Source: an uncultured Leptospirales bacterium (GTDB lineage Bacteria > Spirochaetota > UBA4802 > UBA5550). Taken from it: a stretch of DNA of 64,000 nt. A program made the translations under genes and the position numbers. The DNA is taken from assembly GCA_964450405.1 (NCBI GenBank), contig CAYVCQ010000010.1, positions 69,610 to 133,609 of the forward strand. The letters are read 5' to 3'. Shown here one piece after another: positions 9,859 through 19,868 of this stretch (positions within the stretch are counted from its first letter, which is position 1; every line of letters starts with the position of its first letter). The notes beneath the pieces were generated by a model. That model searched no databases. It was not told the origin of the DNA and saw only the letters and a program-made list of their open reading frames with translations.

Positions 9859-11169
9859 TTAGAGTCTCGGGAGGTATGTTTTTATCTCATAATCAGTTAT
9901 ATATTTATTAAACTGTTCCTGTTCGAAAACTTTGTTGTCGATAATATTCTGGTGAATGAATTCGCCAAGCGTTTCTTTCATAAACTCACTTTTAGAAAAA
10001 TTGGTCAAAGCCTCATGCAGCTGCAGAGGCAGTGGCGGGAATTTCTCCGGGTTATTTTTAAAAATACTTGATTCAACAGGGTCGGGTAATTCATATTTTT
10101 CTTCGATACCCTTCAATCCTGCGGCAAGCATTACTGAAAACGCAAGGTAAGGATTACATGCCGGATCGGGATTCCGGAGCTCAACTCTCATTGATGCCGG
10201 TTTATCCTGCCTGCATTGCGGGATACGTATCAGTGCCGATTGACTTTTTCTGCTCCATGTCGCGTGAGTCGGTGATTCATATCCTGCAACAAGTCTTTTA
10301 TATGAATTAATCCACTGATTTGTTATTATAAAGTATTCACTGCTATGTCGCAATAATCCGGCAATAAAATGTTTTCCTTCATCTGAAAGATAAAATTCAC
10401 TTTTTTCATCGAAGAAAATATTAACATCTTCTCTGAATAGAGACTGATGAATGTGGAGACCTGATCCATTCTGTCCTTTAAGAGGTTTGGGCATGAATGA
10501 TGCATAAATATTATTCAGCTGTCCTATTTCCTTAGCGATCACTTTAAATGTCATAATGTTGTCTGCTGTAGTCAGTGCGTCTTCATGTCTAAGATCAATT
10601 TCATGCTGACTGTGAGAGCCCTCATGATGTGATGAGATAACATCTATACCCATTTTCTCAAGAGTAAGTACTGTCTGTCTCCTGTAATCCGCTGCAACAT
10701 CGAGAGGAGTAAGATCGAAATATCCTCCCTGGTCGAGGACTTCGGGTTTATCAAAACTCTTAAAAAAGAAAAATTCTATTTCCGGTCCGGTATAAAAAGT
10801 AAGACCTTTTGCTGCAGCTTTTTTCAGATTTTTTTTCAAGATATATCTTGAATCACCTTCGAAGGGCGTTCTATCAATTCTATAAATATCGCAGAAAATT
10901 CTTGCAACAGAATCTTCTTTTGGTCTCCAGGGGAGAAGCTGGAATGTAGATACATCTGGCATTGCAATCATTTCTTCTTCATCTGATCTGATAAAGCCGA
11001 GTAGAGTGGATCCGTCAACACGGACACCTTCATTTAATGCGTCTTCAAACTCATCAATAGTAATGGCAAAACTCTTTAAGAAGCCAAGTGTATCCGTGAA
11101 CCATAATCTTATAAATTTTATTTTATTTTCGTGAGCAAATTTGAGGATATATTCTTTGTCGGTATTCAT
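9859..11169 (-). CDS. glnA: Glutamine synthetase, type I (about 436 aa)
   Basis: GS beta-grasp N-terminus (IKFIRLWFTDTLGFLKSF, VDGSTLLGF). Catalytic-domain motifs (TFYTGPEIEFFFF, GSGLHIHQSL, NPYLAFSVMLAAGLKGIE). Confidence 0.8.
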   Translation of the reverse strand: MNTDKEYILKFAHENKIKFIRLWFTDTLGFLKSFAITIDEFEDALNEGVRVDGSTLLGFIRSDEEEMIAMPDVSTFQLLPWRPKEDSVARIFCDIYRIDRTPFEGDSRYILKKNLKKAAAKGLTFYTGPEIEFFFFKSFDKPEVLDQGGYFDLTPLDVAADYRRQTVLTLEKMGIDVISSHHEGSHSQHEIDLRHEDALTTADNIMTFKVIAKEIGQLNNIYASFMPKPLKGQNGSGLHIHQSLFREDVNIFFDEKSEFYLSDEGKHFIAGLLRHSSEYFIITNQWINSYKRLVAGYESPTHATWSRKSQSALIRIPQCRQDKPASMRVELRNPDPACNPYLAFSVMLAAGLKGIEEKYELPDPVESSIFKNNPEKFPPLPLQLHEALTNFSKSEFMKETLGEFIHQNIIDNKVFEQEQFNKYITDYEIKTYLPRL

Positions 11170-11194
11170 TTTGTTCCTTTGTAATAATAAGATT

Positions 11195-12184
11195 TTACCA
11201 GCTCAGCGCGATAAGAATTATAAACAGCAATAGTATAACTCCAAACAGAGAAGCCATTATTACTATACTTTTTCCTGATCCGGCAGTATCTGTGTTTGAG
11301 TTTGAGGCCGAACTTTCTTTTTTTACTGCTGCTTTTGGTTTTTCATTTATTCCGCTGTCTGTTTTCTGGTCATACATTTTTAGTTTAATAAGTTTCTCAT
11401 CCTCTCTGCAGAGGCCGAAAACTCCCGGCATGATTTCGGCAAGGATTTCAATAGGATTGCTCTTACCGGCCGATGACTTGATGTCAACAACAGTTGCAGG
11501 GATCATCCTTATGCTTTTATCATCCTTCAGGTTGTAGAGGTCAATGTAATAATTCTCTTTGTTGGTGGCGGGGATAATTCTTACCATGATCCTGTCACCA
11601 ATTCGTAATTCATATATCGGCTTACCATTTAGGGGAGCCAGTATAGGCTTAACCTGCAGTATTGTACCATGGGGATCTTTTTTTATCTGATCACTTTCAT
11701 CATTCTGATTCTGTGGTTTGGATCTATCCTCTTTTACACTCTGAAGTTCCTGCAGCGAAATCTCCTGTATCAGAGATTCCATCACAAGGTTTTTATCATG
11801 AATAATCCGGTTTATCAAATCGTAAATAATAAGATCCATCTTATCATAATCATAATTATATACATGTTCATAAAGAACTTTTAAACTTCTTACATCGTTT
11901 GATATGTTATTAAATGCCTCCATTATCGAGGCTGTCATGCTGTTGTTGAAGTTGCCTTTCCATTTACGGTCGACAATATATTCTTCGAATTTATGCCAGG
12001 ATGTGCCGGGCTCTAAATCGTACATATCAGAATATGAGGAGACTATCGCATGATGGCTGTCGAGTCTTTTCATCGCATTGAAAGTTAGAAGGAAAAGACC
12101 ATAGAGATTCATTGAAGTAGACTTGAATCGACCCTTTACAATAAGAATATTACCTTCGGCCTGAGCTGATAATTCTGAATCCAT
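11195..12184 (-). CDS. Hypothetical tail-anchored membrane protein
   Basis: 329 aa with no recognisable motifs. Single C-terminal TM helix (IVIMASLFGVILLLFIILIALSW). It is preceded by a 530-bp AT-rich upstream region. Confidence 0.4.
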   Translation of the reverse strand: MDSELSAQAEGNILIVKGRFKSTSMNLYGLFLLTFNAMKRLDSHHAIVSSYSDMYDLEPGTSWHKFEEYIVDRKWKGNFNNSMTASIMEAFNNISNDVRSLKVLYEHVYNYDYDKMDLIIYDLINRIIHDKNLVMESLIQEISLQELQSVKEDRSKPQNQNDESDQIKKDPHGTILQVKPILAPLNGKPIYELRIGDRIMVRIIPATNKENYYIDLYNLKDDKSIRMIPATVVDIKSSAGKSNPIEILAEIMPGVFGLCREDEKLIKLKMYDQKTDSGINEKPKAAVKKESSASNSNTDTAGSGKSIVIMASLFGVILLLFIILIALSW

Positions 12185-12716
12185 ATTTGTTTACCACGGA
12201 AAATTATTTTTAAACTGATAGATATGCAGTGACTCAAAAACATAGGGAAATTGTTTTTCCTGTAGTTTATGGATAACTGCATAATATTAGTAATTATTAT
12301 CTCAGGGAAACATAATGTCAATATAAAAAAGAGCATGAGAAAACAATTATTAAGCTTGTATTTAATAAGGAGGATGGAATCTTTTAGTGTCAATTATTGA
12401 AAATAATTGAAAACTCAGTAAAAATAGTTATTGTGTTTAAAACATTTTTTCTAAATTAAGAAGTGCTGAACTCAAATGTTATATAAGGGTATGCTCAAAA
12501 CCGGCTGCAATAGAAGGCATAGCTTTATTCTCAGCTGCTGTGACTTGTTTTTGCAATGGTTTTTACAATGTATGGTTATTAATGCTCTGAATCTATAATT
12601 TTTGATTTACAATAAAAAGATTTTATTTTACTTTATTAAAGTCGATATATTAGATACATGCAAAGATCCAGACTTAAACAAGTAACATGGATTTCATTTC
12701 AAGGGGATAATAAGTA

Positions 12717-14066
12717 ATGAGAATCATAACATATCTTTCATCATTAGCAGTTATATTAATTTTTGGGGTAACAAGTTCTTTTGCAGCTGTTGATCAGACT
12801 TTTGTTGAAAGGATATTAAAGGAAAACAGGGAGTTTGTAGATTTTATAGATCTCAGTGTTACAAATTTCGCTCCTGCAAAGAAAAACGAACTATTTACTA
12901 TATACCAGAAACATTTTAATGCTGAAGTTGCTTTCCTTCAGGGTGATTACAAAAGAGCTTTTGACAACGTTTATGATTCACAAAAAGATATGGTGGCAAT
13001 GTATGAGTTAATACTTACTGAATACTACCTTGAGGACTCCAAAAATATACTAGATGGTTTTGCTGCTGATATAATCAGATCAAAAAATACCGCTGCTAAA
13101 CAATACCTTACACTGGGGTACCGGGACAGGACTCTCAGCAGGACATTTTATATTTCAGGAGAAGCCTCTCACCCCAGACTCTATTCTTATAAAATATTTA
13201 AATATCTCGAAGCTATAAACATGGCCAGAAGAGCAAAAAGGTATGCTTTTATTGCTTTATATACCGGCCAGAATGCAAAAGGGAAATTGAGAATTTACAA
13301 TCAGATGTTTAAAAGTGAGAACGAGAAGGGCGGTCTTTTCTTTAAAAGATTTGTAGATAAAAATGAAAAAGACTATATTATCGAGATGAACAAAACGTAT
13401 GAAGAGTCAGAAAAGGAGTTAGCACAGAAGACCCCCGCCGGGATTACTGATGTTAAGCCTGTTGAAGGAGATAAGAAAACTGAAACTCCCGATGCAGCAA
13501 ACAACGCAGCTTTTGAAAAAAAAATGGAAAGAAGTGTCAGATTCAGAAAAGAACAGAGAGTTGCTCAATACATTATGAATGAGGAATTTGATAAAGCTGA
13601 GACTATAATCAGATCGTATGTCGAAGATTATAATTTCAAGCTTATAACGGCTACGTTTTTAGCACTTGATTCAGGAGAAACTCACACAGAGGGTGAAGCT
13701 GCTGCAACGGCTAAAAAGGATTATAAAAAGTTTGTTCAGCATCATAATGATAATTATAAAATCTTTAATACTAAATCTGTACTTGATAGTGTTACAGGAG
13801 ATGTAAAGGTTATCGATTCAGTAAAAAAGGATGACAAAAAAGTTGAAGATATACAAAAAATCGAAGGCAGCAGCAGTAAAATCCCAGATGCTGAAGCGAA
13901 TAAGAAACTTGAAGAAGCTGCAAAAGATAATAAAGACATAAAAGATAATAAAGATATAAAAGATAATAAAGATATAAAAGATAATAAAGATATAAAAGAT
14001 AATAAAGATATAAAAGATATAAAAGATATAAAAGATATAAAAGATAATAAAGATTTAAATAAATGA
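12717..14066 (+). CDS. Hypothetical secreted protein with a C-terminal (D/N)KDIK tandem repeat tail
   Basis: Signal peptide, and a charged helical body. The C-terminus is encoded by 18-bp and 9-bp DNA tandem repeats giving KDNKDIK x6 followed by DIK x3. Confidence 0.5.
   Translation: MRIITYLSSLAVILIFGVTSSFAAVDQTFVERILKENREFVDFIDLSVTNFAPAKKNELFTIYQKHFNAEVAFLQGDYKRAFDNVYDSQKDMVAMYELILTEYYLEDSKNILDGFAADIIRSKNTAAKQYLTLGYRDRTLSRTFYISGEASHPRLYSYKIFKYLEAINMARRAKRYAFIALYTGQNAKGKLRIYNQMFKSENEKGGLFFKRFVDKNEKDYIIEMNKTYEESEKELAQKTPAGITDVKPVEGDKKTETPDAANNAAFEKKMERSVRFRKEQRVAQYIMNEEFDKAETIIRSYVEDYNFKLITATFLALDSGETHTEGEAAATAKKDYKKFVQHHNDNYKIFNTKSVLDSVTGDVKVIDSVKKDDKKVEDIQKIEGSSSKIPDAEANKKLEEAAKDNKDIKDNKDIKDNKDIKDNKDIKDNKDIKDIKDIKDIKDNKDLNK
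13922..14050 (+). repeat. Tandem repeat inside a CDS: about 5 units of 18 bp (GATAATAAAGATATAAAA) followed by 9-bp GATATAAAA units
   Basis: Seen directly in the sequence. It encodes the DNKDIK/DIK peptide repeat and is a candidate slipped-strand length-variable tract. Confidence 0.8.
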
Positions 14067-14452
14067 TGCCATTGAGAAGGATTTCTATGAAGAAAATTTA
14101 TCCTGTAATTCCGTTATTGCTACTGGTTGTTTTACTTTTTCCATCATGTACACAGCGTAACAGTAACGGTATACTGGGAATTGAGGTTCCGGTTGGTATC
14201 GGAAAAGTAAGTGAAAATACACCTTATATAATCAGTGGAGTCTATGAGGATACCCCGGCTTATAAAGCAGGTATAAAACCCGGGGATAGAATCATTCAGG
14301 TTAATGATTTGATAGTATCTAATGGAATGAGATTTGACGATATTTTTTCTAAACAACTTTCCGGGAAACCCGGTACGAAAGTTACCATTTATGTACGGCG
14401 CGGATCGGATAACCTTGTATTTGAAGTAGTAAGGGCTGAAAGAGAGAATTAA
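14063..14452 (+). CDS. PDZ-domain lipoprotein
   Basis: Lipoprotein-type signal (LLFPSCTQ). PDZ core (GIKPGDRIIQVNDLIV ... GTKVTIYVRRG). No protease domain. Confidence 0.55.
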   Translation: MMPLRRISMKKIYPVIPLLLLVVLLFPSCTQRNSNGILGIEVPVGIGKVSENTPYIISGVYEDTPAYKAGIKPGDRIIQVNDLIVSNGMRFDDIFSKQLSGKPGTKVTIYVRRGSDNLVFEVVRAEREN

Positions 14453-14619
14453 TGACGGTGTACAGGTTAATAGTTTAAATTATAAATAGGAAATTGACTG
14501 AATATATGAAGAATATTGCGATTAAAGTTTTTAAGATTTTTACGTACTTTTTTATTGTTATGATTGCACTGGATATTATTTACTGGTATTTTTATTAATA
14601 ATTCTGTGAAATTTTTAAT

Positions 14620-14665
14620 AAAGGCAGGATAAGTGTGAAGTAAAAAAATAATTTTATCCTGCCGA
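14620..14665. terminator. Hairpin (10-bp stem GGCAGGATAA / TTATCCTGCC) between convergent genes
   Basis: Inverted repeat seen in the sequence, immediately downstream of the minus-strand 192-aa gene stop (14674) and after the plus-strand PDZ gene. Confidence 0.4.
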
Positions 14666-14673
14666 ATACTCTT

Positions 14674-15252
14674 TTAGTTTTTTCCTTTTACATTATACTC
14701 CCATAGTTCTACAAGCTTATCAAATTCTCTATCAGATGGTTTATTCTCATACGCCTCATTTCTTCTTTTTATAAGATAGTAGACCGTTGAATCTTCCAGA
14801 AGGAATTTTTCACCAAGCTCATTCAGTTTATTAATAATGTAAATGAGATTGTAGGTGTTAAAACTCCCGAGTATTTCAGTGGATGCAACTGTCGGTTCAT
14901 ATTTCAGTAGAAGTTCAGTGAAGTAAAGAGCACTCCTCCATGAATCATTTATTCCGGCAAGACCCGACTTAAAGTGCATACTCAGTTTTTCAAACAGCTC
15001 CATATTTTTATAATAAGAGTCATATATGAATTTGATATATTGAGGAAAATTATTTTGAACTTCCATAAGATCGATCGGTTCATTTATAGTTGTGAACAGC
15101 TCAAAAATTTCGCGGCTTTTCTCATTGTTCGGTTCAACATCGATCAATTCAATTTTTAAGTCTTTTATTATAGTACGGACAATACCTGCTTTTTTCAGGT
15201 AGATTTCAATTTCAACAGGCTCAACATAATATTTTTTTTTGCTAATACTCAT
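14674..15252 (-). CDS. Hypothetical protein (192 aa), last gene of the antiporter operon
   Basis: No recognisable motif. Soluble. A 3-nt gap separates it from the upstream 805-aa gene, which suggests co-transcription. Confidence 0.4.
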   Translation of the reverse strand: MSISKKKYYVEPVEIEIYLKKAGIVRTIIKDLKIELIDVEPNNEKSREIFELFTTINEPIDLMEVQNNFPQYIKFIYDSYYKNMELFEKLSMHFKSGLAGINDSWRSALYFTELLLKYEPTVASTEILGSFNTYNLIYIINKLNELGEKFLLEDSTVYYLIKRRNEAYENKPSDREFDKLVELWEYNVKGKN

Positions 15253-15255
15253 TTT

Positions 15256-17673
15256 TTATTCTTTGATTCTTTTTTTATAAATATTTAAAATCTCTATCTG
15301 CTGTTTAATGTACGAAAATTTTTCGGCCTCGGCAATCAATGCACTGATTTTATTCTTGTCGGCAGAATCTGTTTTGTCAATTTGATCAATTATTGTGTAA
15401 AAATCAGCATTCATCTTCTCAAGCTTTGCGCGACAAAGATCCCAGAGAGTATCTCCTTTCTGTACAACGACCTTTTCTCCATCAAGCATGATGAATATAT
15501 TGGATGGAAAAATCCAGTGAGGATTTTTATCTTTTAATCCTTTATAAGAAATTTTCTGGTATCCATTTTTTACTGCAACATCATTTGAGTAGTTATATAT
15601 ATCCAGTTCGCTGATTTTTACTTTATGTTTTAAAAGAAGTTCTTTCTCCTGTTCATTAACTCTTTTTACCGTAACAACAATGTTTTTGTTTTCAGAGGTC
15701 TGCAAAGAAGAATCCTTAGCTAAGTTTGCCGTTTCATGTTTTTTTATTTTAACAATATAATATCCGGAAGCCAGGAGAAGAAGAAAAAGCAGCAGGAGTG
15801 CAGAGGGAATAATTATTCTCTTCTTTAAAGATTTATTTGATACATCTGCATCAATAATATTATTTTTATTGCTATTACTATTGCTGTTGCTCTTATTCTT
15901 CTTCTGTTTTTTTGATTCAGAACTGCTGATAGAATAGAATTCACTGGTGTAAACGTCTTTTCTGTTGGATATTTCATTTTTAAGAAGAGACATCTCTTTT
16001 TCTATTTTGCTGAAAGATGGTAAATGTGTTATTCCGCTATAAAACAAACTGAGAAGTTTATTTAATCTTTCCCTGTCTTCAATTATTCTTTTTCCTAGAA
16101 TTCGCTGTTCAGGGTTTAGTGTAATTTCTTCAACATTGGATTGGTTGTACTCGTCAATGAATCTCTCTTCCGTTGGAGATGGTACCTGTTTGAATATTGT
16201 GCAGCAGAAATTATTATGCAATGCGAGTATGATTTTTATTGAAGATTTCATTCCGGTTGTTGGAGTGAAAATTATTGTTGAATGAAAATTCTGATAAATA
16301 TCTTTCAGTGCGGAATATTTTTTTCTATCAGTGATATTTCCCATGTAAGCTTTTAACAGACCGGGAAGATTAAGGAGCTCCAGAGATTGCTGGTTGTTAG
16401 CGATAAGTGAGCTGATTAAACCGTCCAGTTTTTCGCGGTCAAAATCTTCAATGGCAGATTTAATTTCATCCAGTCCGGTGAATTCCTTCATTAGTTCTTC
16501 AAAAGATTTATATTTTTTCAAATCATATTGAATTCCGGATTTGAGAATAATTTTATCGGAGTCGCTGATTTTTTTAATATTGCGGTTTCCATCATCGATT
16601 ACTAATACAGGAACTTCGGTAGATTTAAAAAGAAGTGCAGATTCCTCATAAGCTGTATATGTAATCAGTACAGCATCTGATTTTTCTTTCAAAATCCTGG
16701 CTGTATCTGCGGGAGATTTGATGAACGGAATAATAATTTCATCATCTTTCTCATCTGATTGTCTGAATGAAAGTTTGATATTAGGAGAGTTTATATATGA
16801 ATTGATTTTTAAACCTTCACCAGTATTCATATGCAGGTTTGAAAACTTTTCATCACTAACCGTGGCCTTTTTAAATAACTTTTTGATTAATCCTATCTGT
16901 TCGAAATTGTCTGAATATAATTTAATTTTTCCACCGCGCTGATTTTTGAATTTCATAAAACCGGAAATATTAATCAGATTTTGTGAAGGGAGAAGCAGTT
17001 CACGGATATAACTTGGATCAATCTGCAGTGTTGAAAAATCAAGAAGACATTTGTCAGGGAACTGATAAGATGTAAAACATCCTTTCTGATAAAAAATCGG
17101 GTTGTTGTCTATGACTACAAGACCGGCTCCTTTATATCTATCGGTGTTTTTTGAGTTTGCAGATATTCTGTTTAGTATCTCTGCGTTGTTAAGATTGTCG
17201 CGATCTATTATATTAAGATCAAAGATATTGTTTCCGCCATGATTGATTTTTATATTGCCATCACTGTAAAAAATTCCAATAAACTGATCCCTGTTTGAAA
17301 CATTTTTCTGGCTCGATAACTCGGGAATATCCTTCTCGATATTTACTAGCGAGACATTTGTAAGATCCAGACCGAATATTCTCTGATACTCAAGAAATCT
17401 TTTTAGAATGGATTCACCACCGATGTAACGGTTAGCTTCAAGATTACGCACATCAATGTTAAACTGTTCGTAGGATGGATTACCGAGAATTTTATCTGAA
17501 ACAATAATATTTTCAACAAGCGGTATTATCTCAACCGGGAGGTCATACCATGTACCGATTCTGATAAAAGGTCTTTCATCGTTGATTGATCCTCCGGTAA
17601 AAATAATAAAACATTCGGTATCTACTATGAATAATCTGTCAGAGTTGCTTTTAATAATGTCGCTGAGCTGCAT
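15256..17673 (-). CDS. Large hypothetical membrane protein (805 aa) with a ~600-aa cytoplasmic region, one TM helix, and an extracytoplasmic tail carrying a LysM-like motif
   Basis: One hydrophobic helix (IIIPSALLLLFLLLLASGYYIV) follows an SN-rich linker. The C-terminal VVVQKGDTLWDLCRAKL resembles the LysM core. No ATPase or nuclease motif found. Confidence 0.45.
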   Translation of the reverse strand: MQLSDIIKSNSDRLFIVDTECFIIFTGGSINDERPFIRIGTWYDLPVEIIPLVENIIVSDKILGNPSYEQFNIDVRNLEANRYIGGESILKRFLEYQRIFGLDLTNVSLVNIEKDIPELSSQKNVSNRDQFIGIFYSDGNIKINHGGNNIFDLNIIDRDNLNNAEILNRISANSKNTDRYKGAGLVVIDNNPIFYQKGCFTSYQFPDKCLLDFSTLQIDPSYIRELLLPSQNLINISGFMKFKNQRGGKIKLYSDNFEQIGLIKKLFKKATVSDEKFSNLHMNTGEGLKINSYINSPNIKLSFRQSDEKDDEIIIPFIKSPADTARILKEKSDAVLITYTAYEESALLFKSTEVPVLVIDDGNRNIKKISDSDKIILKSGIQYDLKKYKSFEELMKEFTGLDEIKSAIEDFDREKLDGLISSLIANNQQSLELLNLPGLLKAYMGNITDRKKYSALKDIYQNFHSTIIFTPTTGMKSSIKIILALHNNFCCTIFKQVPSPTEERFIDEYNQSNVEEITLNPEQRILGKRIIEDRERLNKLLSLFYSGITHLPSFSKIEKEMSLLKNEISNRKDVYTSEFYSISSSESKKQKKNKSNSNSNSNKNNIIDADVSNKSLKKRIIIPSALLLLFLLLLASGYYIVKIKKHETANLAKDSSLQTSENKNIVVTVKRVNEQEKELLLKHKVKISELDIYNYSNDVAVKNGYQKISYKGLKDKNPHWIFPSNIFIMLDGEKVVVQKGDTLWDLCRAKLEKMNADFYTIIDQIDKTDSADKNKISALIAEAEKFSYIKQQIEILNIYKKRIKE

Positions 17674-17680
17674 AATGTCC

Positions 17681-19381
17681 TCACTTTAGTTTTGAATAAG
17701 CCGGTTTAATTGAAGCTATAAATTCATTGAATGACTTAGTTTTAAAAATTCTTTCCCGTGTTTCCCTGTCTTGAAAGACTGAAGATATATCCGCCAGTAT
17801 CTGGATTTGAGATTGATGGTCCTGGAGCGGTGTTAGAATCATGAATATCATTTTAGCCGGTTTGCCGTCAATTGAGTTAAAGTCAACTCCAGCCTCGGAT
17901 TTTGCAACAACAATAATTGGTTTTGTCAATCCCGCTAATTTTGCGTTGGGTATTGCAATGCCCAGTCCGATACCTGTGCTCATCAGCTTTTCACGTTCGA
18001 TTGCAAGAAGTGCGGCGTTTTCGAAGTCGATAGAAGTTTTATCTTTTAACGTTTTAGACATGGTTTTAATTGCACTGAACTGGTCTTCAGATTTAAGATG
18101 GCCGATGTAGAATCTGCTGTCAAAAAGTTCCAGAAGGTTCAGTTTTTCCACTGGTTTAAGAAAGTATTTGATCAATGGTCCGCTTGTCATGGAGGTTATC
18201 ACAGCAGTTAGTATAATAGCCTCAAATACCTGACCATTAATCAGTCCGTAACGGAGTGCAACAACGCCAAGTATAATACCCATGGCTCCGCTTGAACTCA
18301 TTGCAGCACCAATTGCCATCGACTCTCTGAGATTATATCCCGCAACTCTACCTGAAATTACGGTACTGCTGAATTTTCCTGCAAAAATTATGGCAAGAAA
18401 AATAATGACAAGAAGCGGATTGAAATTAGAGATGAAGTCAGTACGTAGTCCGATTGATACGAAAAAGAGCGGTGCAAAGATATTGTCTATGAATTGAGTT
18501 ATGATGTTTCTTGTCTGCTCTCTTAAATGTGGAGAGTCGCCTATTGCTATTCCGGCAAGAAATGCTCCGAGTATTGCATGGGTTCCTGCGGACTCCGCCA
18601 CGGCGGATAGAATCAGCCCTATTACTATGGTGAATGTAATCACACCGCCGGGCCATTCAGTTTTGGCCTGAATCCATGGTAATGTTAAATTGATAAGATA
18701 TCTCATTACTGTAAGAGTTAGCGCCGCTATTATAATTGTAAGAGTAATAGACTTGATCAGACCATAAAAATTAACAGATCCTGTCTGAAGAAGCTGTATG
18801 TTTACAGAAAAGATAAGCCATCCAATGAGATCTTTAACGACAGCCGAGGCCATAATAAGCATTCCAAACTCGGTATGAAAAAGCTTTAGATTGAGAAGTA
18901 TTTTTGCAATAAGAGGGAGCGCGGTAATTGAAAGAGATATTCCGATAAAAATAACTAAAGAGAAACTCCCTTTTTCCACACTGAATAATTGCGGGAATAG
19001 TAGAACCACGCATGCTCCAATAGCAAATGGAAATATTAAACTCAATGAACTTACTATAGCTACAGATTTCCCCTGTTTAATAACGGAGGAGAGTTCCACC
19101 TCGAGTCCCGCAGTAAGAAGTAGAAATACAACTCCTATAAGAATAAAAGCTTCAAGAGCAAAATATATTCTGGAATCTCCCGTTGGGAAGAAAGAGGCGT
19201 AAACACCGGGTGATATGCGGCCAAGAATTGTAGGTCCTAAAATAATCCCAGCAAGAATTTCTCCGATAACGGCAGGGAGCTTCATCCGTACGAATAATTC
19301 GCCGATTAATTTCGCAAGCCCCAGCATAAGTGCAAGGGAGAGAAATAATATAATTATATCGCTTTTATCAAATACGCTCAT
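17681..19381 (-). CDS. CPA2-family cation/proton antiporter (KefB/NhaP-like) fused to a C-terminal PTS EIIA type-2 (EIIA-Ntr-like) domain
   Basis: Twelve or more TM helices with a Na_H_exchanger-type core (GEILAGIILGP). The C-terminal ~150 aa match PTS_EIIA_2 (LAIEREKLMSTGIGLGIAIPNAKL ... AGVDFNSIDGKPAKMIFMILTP). Confidence 0.75.
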   Translation of the reverse strand: MSVFDKSDIIILFLSLALMLGLAKLIGELFVRMKLPAVIGEILAGIILGPTILGRISPGVYASFFPTGDSRIYFALEAFILIGVVFLLLTAGLEVELSSVIKQGKSVAIVSSLSLIFPFAIGACVVLLFPQLFSVEKGSFSLVIFIGISLSITALPLIAKILLNLKLFHTEFGMLIMASAVVKDLIGWLIFSVNIQLLQTGSVNFYGLIKSITLTIIIAALTLTVMRYLINLTLPWIQAKTEWPGGVITFTIVIGLILSAVAESAGTHAILGAFLAGIAIGDSPHLREQTRNIITQFIDNIFAPLFFVSIGLRTDFISNFNPLLVIIFLAIIFAGKFSSTVISGRVAGYNLRESMAIGAAMSSSGAMGIILGVVALRYGLINGQVFEAIILTAVITSMTSGPLIKYFLKPVEKLNLLELFDSRFYIGHLKSEDQFSAIKTMSKTLKDKTSIDFENAALLAIEREKLMSTGIGLGIAIPNAKLAGLTKPIIVVAKSEAGVDFNSIDGKPAKMIFMILTPLQDHQSQIQILADISSVFQDRETRERIFKTKSFNEFIASIKPAYSKLK

Positions 19382-19833
19382 ATATGCTTTCTTTTCTGAA
19401 ATTTCAAAAAGTTTGTAATCCTATGATATTTAATCTCAGTAGCTGCTCATAAACGGGTGGGAAAAATTGCTTCCCCGCGGCTATGGCGCGGGGAGGCATT
19501 ATTTGCCTTCAGTTTATGATTAGTTACTAATCTGCCTAGTTTATATAAATTAAATAATGTTGCAATAAAAATTTATATAGATGAAGATCCTTTTGCAGCC
19601 TGTTCGGGCTTTTGGTGTAACTGATTAATTTGTAATAATTCTTAAAATGCTGGTAAGATTGCTCTCTGACGCACCATGCACGACTCAGCTAAATCCACAA
19701 CTTATCCCAACTGATGAGCTCCCACCGCTTTTCATTGATAAACTTTCAAGGAGCATTTTTGGCCGTGGTTAATAAAAATAAATATGCTTCCTGTTGCCGC
19801 AGAAGGAGACCCAAATTCACATATAGAAAAAAG

Positions 19834-19862
19834 TTGACAATGTGCGCACATACCAATAAATT
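19834..19862 (+). promoter_or_regulatory. Sigma-70-type promoter (TTGACA - 17 bp - TAAATT) with a perfect 12-bp palindrome ATGTGCGCACAT filling the spacer; putative antitoxin operator
   Basis: Seen in the sequence 7-35 nt upstream of the first toxin-antitoxin gene's ATG (19869). The palindrome abuts the -35 hexamer. Confidence 0.5.
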
Positions 19863-19868
19863 GTATTT

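Noticed and set aside
12136-12393. 85-aa minus-strand ORF overlapping the start of gene 11195-12184 and its upstream region
   Set aside because: Low-complexity hydrophobic translation of AT-rich promoter DNA with no RBS. Likely spurious.
13922-14050. Possible CRISPR array (regular short repeats)
   Set aside because: The units are 18 and 9 bp, contiguous without spacers, in-frame inside a CDS, and encode a peptide repeat. It is not CRISPR architecture. The 12-nt array at 25376-25510 likewise lacks spacers.
19382-19868. tRNA or other stable RNA in the 487-bp divergent region (and in other long intergenic spacers)
   Set aside because: I found no cloverleaf-compatible sequence, no GTTCGAATC-type T-loop and no CCA-adjacent acceptor stem. 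Only a GC hairpin and the toxin-antitoxin promoter are evident. A covariance-model scan would be the decisive check.
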